The position numbers and the translations under genes are program-made. 31,677 bases of DNA from a virus (lineage: Duplodnaviria; Caudoviricetes), in IMG/VR virus record IMGVR_UViG_3300020045_006907, positions 1 to 31,677 of that record; one strand, 5' to 3'. The notes beneath the pieces are model-generated. The model was not told the DNA's origin. It made no database searches and saw only the letters and a list, made by a program, of their open reading frames with translations. Below are positions 25,799 to 31,677 of the stretch, in pieces (within the stretch, counting starts at the first letter, position 1; each line of letters begins with the position of its first letter).

Positions 25799-27016
25799 TT
25801 ATGCTGTTGCTATGCAACGCCATTTAGATGTTACCGTATTCCAAACAAAACCAACATCAAGCCTCGCTGTGGTTACTGTGGTTGTTGGCAACGCCACAGT
25901 GCTAGCCTCGAATGATGCTCCCCAAGTAATAGCCCTTGCCGCCGTTCCTGTTATTGCAATCCATAAAGTTTGACCTTCGGTCGGTGTGCCCGACAAATTC
26001 GTGGTAAAAGATGTAATAGCTTCTGCTTGTGCGGTTATCGAGTAAAAATCTACTGTATCGGTGTTTATGGTTGGTGTTGCGGAAGAAGTGGTTGTTCCTG
26101 TTCTTTTTGTAATTCTTTTATTTGTAAGTGTCTGAGTATGCGCCTCAAAAGCAAAAGTATCCGTGCCAGTAAGCAATGGCAAAGTAATTGTTCTATCCGC
26201 GGTTAATTCTGATACAGCTAAGACATATTGATGATCAGCCGAAGTGTCTTGTATTTCAATTGTTTTTGGTAAAATAACCGTTCCGGTAAAAGTAGGATTG
26301 GCCGAAGGTGCTTTCGTTCCTATCTGAGTTTGAATGGCGGAGGTTACGCCTTTGACATAGGATAATTCCGTCAATGATGGATAAGTTGCGACTGCTAACG
26401 AAGCAATCGTGCTTGAACTATTAAAATATGCAATTTCGTTTATTGTTCCTGCTAAGGTTGCCGCTTTCCCGTTAAGCTGAGTTTGAATAGCACTCGATAG
26501 TCCTTTAATATAACTTAATTCTGTGAGACTTGGATATGTCGCCACTGCCAAAGATACAAGATTTTTAGAGGCATCCGTGCCGACTATTTCAGAAGCTGTT
26601 AAGCCTGACACTTGAACAGCCGATGGAGTTATCGCGCCAAGCGTTAAAGTTATGGCCGGCGTAGTCGTCGCTGTCGCTACACTTCCAGATACTCCGTTAG
26701 CCGTAGTAACGGAAACGCTAGTCACCGTTCCAGCGCCGGTTGAGCCCCATGACGGCAATCCTGCCGCCAAGGTTAAGACTTGTCCATTCGTTCCCTTGGC
26801 TAGATTAACCCAGTTTGTTCCGTTATAATACAGAACATCTCCTGACGCGCCGCCAGTGATCACAACATCGCTTAAATCATCTAAATTGGATGACATTGAG
26901 ACTAAAAGACGATGAGTCGTTGGGTCGGCGTATATCACCACTGGCGTTATACCGTCAGCGTTTGAAACTCCCAGTAGTGTTGTTATGGAATTTTCATCCC
27001 TTTTTGCATTTGACAT
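25799..27016 (-). CDS. Tail fiber protein
   Basis: LDDLSDV, GDVLYYNGTNWVN, GTVTSV, duplicated SLAVATYPSLTELSYxKGxxSAIQTQ, QTLTNK. Confidence 0.75.
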   Translation of the reverse strand: MSNAKRDENSITTLLGVSNADGITPVVIYADPTTHRLLVSMSSNLDDLSDVVITGGASGDVLYYNGTNWVNLAKGTNGQVLTLAAGLPSWGSTGAGTVTSVSVTTANGVSGSVATATTTPAITLTLGAITPSAVQVSGLTASEIVGTDASKNLVSLAVATYPSLTELSYIKGLSSAIQTQLNGKAATLAGTINEIAYFNSSSTIASLAVATYPSLTELSYVKGVTSAIQTQIGTKAPSANPTFTGTVILPKTIEIQDTSADHQYVLAVSELTADRTITLPLLTGTDTFAFEAHTQTLTNKRITKRTGTTTSSATPTINTDTVDFYSITAQAEAITSFTTNLSGTPTEGQTLWIAITGTAARAITWGASFEASTVALPTTTVTTARLDVGFVWNTVTSKWRCIATA

Positions 27017-27021
27017 ATTTT

Positions 27022-27294
27022 TTATGTTGATTTGATAAGTAATTGTCCGGAGGAATTAACGTATAGAGCTACGGGAGTTATGCCGTCCGATGAAGATACT
27101 CCCAACATTACAGGAACACTATTTTCGTCTCTTGCGGCTATGTCGTCAGACAAGTCTGATCCTGTTGTTCCGTTGGCAACCTCAACTCCATTACAATCGT
27201 CACAAACTCTTATTAAAGTTGGAGTTATTCCATCGGTATTCAATGTTCCGATTATTGTTGATACACTATTTTCATCTTTTTTAGCATTTGCCAT
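27022..27294 (-). CDS. Small virion protein made of two DENS...DGITP modules
   Basis: Paralogous to the N-terminus of the tail fiber. Confidence 0.7.
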   Translation of the reverse strand: MANAKKDENSVSTIIGTLNTDGITPTLIRVCDDCNGVEVANGTTGSDLSDDIAARDENSVPVMLGVSSSDGITPVALYVNSSGQLLIKST

Positions 27295-27302
27295 ATATTT
27301 AT

Positions 27303-27331
27303 ATTATACATTTTTTAGTAATAAAATTCAA
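27303..27331 (-). promoter_or_regulatory. Putative promoter for tail genes (near-leaderless)
   Basis: TTGAAT-N17-TATAAT, 8 nt before ATG 27294. Confidence 0.5.
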
Positions 27332-27333
27332 TA

Positions 27334-28389
27334 TCACCACCATCCTTTATTACAAGTCATAAATATATTTGAAATCGTGGAACTGACCATACTCGTCCAT
27401 TTATTAGGTTTATAAAATACCCAACCTGCATTGTTCCTTCTATCAACATTCCCTTTTTCCGTAAAAGCGGTAAATTTATTGCCTATCACTTTACTGTTTG
27501 AAATATCACACCACTCAAATATATCATCAACTCCTGTTGTGTTGTATAGATAATGTTGGAAAGAAGTATCGGATGTAATGGTAATGCGGTTACCAAGACG
27601 ACCTATCGCTACCATTTTGCTGAATTTTGTTGTTGTCCCCGCGGTGAATTTCACTGTTTTGGGAGCGTTTATAGTAAGAGTTCCCTGTATATTATTTGAG
27701 CCTGTAAAAATCAAAATACTGGAAGACCCGCCCGACCTAACTGTTATATTATTATAGGTCAAACCTCCTCCCTTAAATGTTTCCGTGACATTTGCATTTC
27801 CGGTTTGAATAGTTGAACCATTTGCGTTAAAAGTAAGAAGTGTCACCGTTGTTGCATCCCAAGATGTTTGCCCCGTAAATCCTCCGTATAAAGTCCAAGT
27901 TCCATTTCCCATATCAAGTCTGCTAGTAGCGGTGCCAGTTATGGACACTCTGTCTGCCGATACATTAATAATTATATCCGTAATAACCCACTTTTTTCCG
28001 GCCGCAGGACTCCATATTATTCCGTCAGTAACGGCGCCGGCATTAGTATAATACTTTCTTATCGAGGTATAGTTAATAACATCGCGTTTTACCGCACCGA
28101 TGATATTAGTACCTGCGGATAAAACAATCCCTGTAAGAATGTCTTTTAATCTTCCGAGAACTGTATTCGCGGTAGGAGTAGCTTGAACTTCGCCTATTTT
28201 TGTGTCTACGTTACCAATAGATGTATTGCCGGTATCTTGTTTGGCGGAAGTTGCTAATCCCGTAGTATCTATAGAGGCGTTAACATCCAATTTTCCACCA
28301 GTAACAGTCACTGCCTCGCCTCCAGCGTCAACAATTTGAGTAACGGACGAACCGATTGTTGGATTATATGGTCATTGCTGTATATCCAT
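27334..28389 (-). CDS. Virion/fiber-like protein with in-frame TGA at codon 6 (readthrough or pseudogene)
   Basis: ATG 28389 is in frame with track ORF 27334..28311: MDIQQ*PYNPTIGSSVTQIVDAGGEAVTVTGGKLDV... Confidence 0.55.
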
Positions 28390-28390
28390 A

Positions 28391-28873
28391 TTATAGTTTA
28401 GTTAATATCTGTGTTAAAAACTCTTTTTTAATTTCGATATTATTAATTTCTTTTTGATTATTTTCTTCATCGATAATTATCTTTTTTTCTCTTTCGTTCA
28501 AAAAATTTTCTCTCTCCTTTAATTCTATTATTTTATTTTGTAACAAAGATTCTGTTTCCGTAATTTTTTGAATTCTATTATTTATTTCAATATTTGTCTT
28601 TTTATATTCGCTATTTATTGTTTCTTTTTGAATAAGAATATCTCGAACACTAATCTCGAGATTTAATTTTTTATTTTCCAATTCTTTAACAGAATCATCC
28701 AAAAAAACCTTATATTTTTCTGAGTTTTTAATCTCTGCTTTAATTTGAGTCAAAGATAAACTTAATTTTTTAATTTCTATCTTGTTATTTTCTATTATAT
28801 TTTCACTATAGTTAATAGCATTTTTCATCTCTTCCGTTAATTTAATAGATTCCGATGTTTGTTGTATGTTCAT
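28391..28873 (-). CDS. Coiled-coil protein
   Basis: K/E/I/N-rich heptads. Confidence 0.7.
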   Translation of the reverse strand: MNIQQTSESIKLTEEMKNAINYSENIIENNKIEIKKLSLSLTQIKAEIKNSEKYKVFLDDSVKELENKKLNLEISVRDILIQKETINSEYKKTNIEINNRIQKITETESLLQNKIIELKERENFLNEREKKIIIDEENNQKEINNIEIKKEFLTQILTKL

Positions 28874-28883
28874 AAAAAAAGTA

Positions 28884-29186
28884 TTAAGGAGCAATCTCCA
28901 ATACTGTATAACGAGGAGATGTCCCGGCTATTGTTATAATGCCAGTATAAACTACACCACTACTTTGGCTGGTAGAACCGCCCGTCCCGTCGTCATTCAC
29001 GCTTCCCGCCTTTAATACGGCGTGAAATACCGTAGTGCTCGCGCTTGCGCCTAATCGCACAAATAAGGCATTAGTGCCTAAGTTTTGTATTTGCCACGCA
29101 ATACGTGCCGAATTGGCCGCTAAGGCGGTTGTGTCGCTTGCTATTGCCGGTGTATTAGATTTTGTTGTTTGATAAACAATGTCCAT
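28884..29186 (-). CDS. Small virion protein
   Basis: ALAANSARIAWQIQNLGTNALFVRLG, beta-rich. Confidence 0.7.
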   Translation of the reverse strand: MDIVYQTTKSNTPAIASDTTALAANSARIAWQIQNLGTNALFVRLGASASTTVFHAVLKAGSVNDDGTGGSTSQSSGVVYTGIITIAGTSPRYTVLEIAP

Positions 29187-29190
29187 AAAA

Positions 29191-29898
29191 TTAAAGTATA
29201 TTTAAGTGTATCTTAGCTTGTTCGAGAGCTTTATATCCATCCTTGATGGATCTCCTTTGTTCATCTTGCCTCAAGGCAAGATCATCTAAACTTTTTTTAT
29301 AATTCTCGTTTGCAGATTTTTGCGCTTCAACCATTTTCTCTCGTCTTTCGATTTCCGTTGTTTTTTCGGATAGTATTTTATGAAATTCAATCCATTTTAA
29401 ATTTAAACGATTTGTCGATTCTTTCAATTGTTCTTCCACTTTCGCGATGTTGCGCTCTCTCTTATTAGCCTTTGTATGTTTTTCTTCAATCTCATTTTTT
29501 CTGTCTGCGAGAATGTCAATTTTATCAAGCAAATCTTCCCGAATGCTTTTATTAGTTTCCTCATCTGTTTTGAGGTTGTTTTCTCGCAAAATGATAGCTT
29601 CAAGTCTTTTTTCTGATTCTCGTTTAATGTCATAAATAGGTTTAAGCGCCTCTTTTTTCCGTTCCTCCAATGATGAAATTTCTTTTAATAGCTGACCCTT
29701 TCTTTCCTTGATTTGTTTCTCAAATATATCTAGGTCATCTTGTATGCTCTGCTTAATAGTATCAAATTTTAATTTGATACTATTAAGTTTATTTGTGATA
29801 ATACTTTCTTCCTCGTTTAGCTTTCTGATTTGTTCTTTTTTTTCAGCGACCTGCTTATTATTCTCTTTCGTGATTTGTTTGAGGTCTAATAATTGCAT
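29191..29898 (-). CDS. Coiled-coil protein
   Basis: 235 aa, K/E-rich. Confidence 0.72.
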   Translation of the reverse strand: MQLLDLKQITKENNKQVAEKKEQIRKLNEEESIITNKLNSIKLKFDTIKQSIQDDLDIFEKQIKERKGQLLKEISSLEERKKEALKPIYDIKRESEKRLEAIILRENNLKTDEETNKSIREDLLDKIDILADRKNEIEEKHTKANKRERNIAKVEEQLKESTNRLNLKWIEFHKILSEKTTEIERREKMVEAQKSANENYKKSLDDLALRQDEQRRSIKDGYKALEQAKIHLNIL

Positions 29899-29901
29899 AT
29901 T

Positions 29902-30396
29902 TTATTTATTATCAATGGGCTTTTCGGCAAAATCATCGTCATCATCGGCGGGAGGATTTACTATTTGAACTTCGTTTTCTGTTTTTACTTCCTCGTGTTT
30001 TGTTGATTTTTTTGCCTTATTTTTAGTCGAATTTTTTTGAGCCAAATCAATAATAGTATCAATGTCTTCCTCTTTATCGCCTAATTGTTCACCGTTGTCA
30101 GGTTGATAAGCCTTGTTAAAAAAACTTAGAAATAATGTGTTTTCAATAAACTCTTCTCCTGTCTCTTTATTTATTTTAACTCTTGGAGATGTTGCTTTGT
30201 CTCCTCCGAAATGAATAAGATTACCGCTTTTATCCGTTCTCAATAATTCCTTGTTAGTCAGATGTTTAGCAAAATGTTTTGCCAAATAGTCCGGCATGTA
30301 AAGAGTTTCGCCGGGTTTAAATGTTTTTGCTTTACCGTTCCAATATCCGGTGAATGGTTGGTCGGTGAAATTTGTGAATAAGGCTGTTTTTGCCAT
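29902..30396 (-). CDS. Hypothetical head-module protein
   Basis: FTNFTDQPF..YWNG...P.YLAKHFAKHL; acidic tail; likely start 30396. Confidence 0.7.
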   Translation of the reverse strand: MAKTALFTNFTDQPFTGYWNGKAKTFKPGETLYMPDYLAKHFAKHLTNKELLRTDKSGNLIHFGGDKATSPRVKINKETGEEFIENTLFLSFFNKAYQPDNGEQLGDKEEDIDTIIDLAQKNSTKNKAKKSTKHEEVKTENEVQIVNPPADDDDDFAEKPIDNK

Positions 30397-30529
30397 ATTG
30401 ATATATTTGCAAGGGGGGAATCTCTTGCTTTTAAGCCCCAAGCCGCGCAGCGAACGGCGTTATTTTAAACGCTGCGATTTACTACCTCATTTCCACCCCT
30501 TCGTCAAAAGGGGCAGAATGAAGCAACAA

Positions 30530-31249
30530 TTAAAGTCCGAATAATCTGAATGCTCCGTATTCAGTAGTAGCAACGCCTGTTACTGCTACGCCGATTGCGG
30601 CCTGAGCCGTTACGGCTGCTTCCACGGCGCCGGCCGTTGCGTTAGAAGCGGAAACATTAGTACCGACCGTAGAACCGGCATCGGATAGGATAGTGGCGAT
30701 ACCTCCGGTTTGAAGCCATCCAAAATATGCCGCCGTAATGTTATAAACCGCTACACCGGCAGGACTTGATGTCGCTGTGGTTGGATTTACAACAACTGCG
30801 CTATATGGATTTGGCACCACATCAATGGTGACTGTGCCAGTTGTCGCAACAACGACAGGGTCTTCAAGATTAAAAGTGACAACGGCAGCCGTGGCTGCTG
30901 CATGACTTTTAACTTTGTAAGTGAAACCCGCGCCAGTTGTGGCCGCCGTTACTGTTAAAAATGCTCCGGCCAATTGATTGACCGTAAGTGTTACTGTTGA
31001 AGTTGTCGTGATAGAAGTAGCCCCAGCAGAACTCACCGCGACAGTTAAGTTTTGGAAGTTGGTTGTATCTTCAGCAGATGACTGTTGAAGTTTACCTGCC
31101 ACCAAAGCCGTACCACCTGCCTTAGCGTATCGATAAGCTCTCCCATCGTTAGAATGGATAAGCTCGCCGATATTATGCAAAGCGGTTGAACTCTCTGAGT
31201 GAATAGCTTGTGCTGCTACTACTATTGCTCCTGTTAATTGTGAACTCAT
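30530..31249 (-). CDS. Capsid decoration/cement-like protein
   Basis: DGRAYRYAKAG, YFGWLQTGG, Ala/Thr-rich. Confidence 0.65.
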   Translation of the reverse strand: MSSQLTGAIVVAAQAIHSESSTALHNIGELIHSNDGRAYRYAKAGGTALVAGKLQQSSAEDTTNFQNLTVAVSSAGATSITTTSTVTLTVNQLAGAFLTVTAATTGAGFTYKVKSHAAATAAVVTFNLEDPVVVATTGTVTIDVVPNPYSAVVVNPTTATSSPAGVAVYNITAAYFGWLQTGGIATILSDAGSTVGTNVSASNATAGAVEAAVTAQAAIGVAVTGVATTEYGAFRLFGL

Positions 31250-31278
31250 AATAGTTATAGATTAAATAAATTAAATTA

Positions 31279-31570
31279 CTAAGATGCTACTGATAAACCA
31301 GACGTAGCGTATGTAGGAGAACTTGGCGCGGCAACAAATATATTTTGACCGGTTGTCGCCATTACTGATACATCGACTACAGCGCAATCAGAATCCAAGA
31401 ATACCGCTCCTTCGGTCTGCGCCGCTCCAAAGCTTACAGCTACGGCGGGAGTCGCGGCGCTTAACGGATTGTTAAAGAATGTAGTATTTTTAATAACGAA
31501 CATTCTTTCAACATCTGTCGCGTTCGCGCCGTAAATAAATGTGGCCTCTGTTCCACCTGCTTTTCTGGCT
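31279..31570 (-). pseudogene. 5'-truncated virion protein gene (C-terminal remnant)
   Basis: Frame is open upstream of ATG 31503 (RKAGGTEATFIYGANATDVERM...) to TAA at 31603 with no start codon. Confidence 0.5.
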
Positions 31571-31677
31571 CTTCGGACATAGAAAGATGTGTGTCCATTT
31601 TTTTAGGTTTAATTTTTTTCATCATAAATTATGCGTTGGATTACATTTAGGTATTATCCGGGGATATGTTATTTTTT

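Noticed and set aside
271-30544. Plus-strand ORFs and nested alternative-frame minus ORFs in the track
   Set aside because: Nearly all are shadows of longer minus-strand genes with recognisable motifs; 16836..17018 spans the origin; none has a recognisable protein motif
1-31677. Genome-wide UGA reassignment (code 4/25) suggested by the UCA tRNA
   Set aside because: TGA acts as a real stop, with ATGA overlaps at 404/407, 3084/3087, 4613/4616, 5151/5154 and 22429/22432; long genes are intact in code 11 and use TGG for Trp

Overview
AT-rich tailed-phage (podovirus-like) genome segment in which essentially every real gene is on the minus strand. In transcription order (right to left) it holds head/tail/fiber and ejection proteins, an M23 endolysin and holin, and an intergenic replication origin (iterons plus DnaA boxes). 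An early/recombination module follows (Gp157-like, 3D-domain protein, SSB, putative annealase, PD-(D/E)XK nuclease). Next come a DUF2828 (TROVE/Ro60-like + vWA) locus, YopX, two DGR-target-like genes, a NinG-like HNH, a replication initiator, GroES/GroEL, the small and large (GpA-type) terminases and the 5' end of a probable portal. The most striking element is the DUF2828 leader. It carries three copies of a stem-UAACAGCAA/AAAU RNA motif, and one copy is inserted in permuted form into the anticodon stem of an otherwise complete tRNA cloverleaf with a UCA (opal) anticodon. A virion gene elsewhere has an in-frame UGA at codon 6. Also notable are a lambda-O-type origin lying outside its rep gene, a three-promoter regulon, several large structured intergenic RNAs, and an apparent deletion junction where the major capsid gene would be expected. 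All protein calls come from motif recognition by eye. A Patescibacteria/CPR-like host is inference only.
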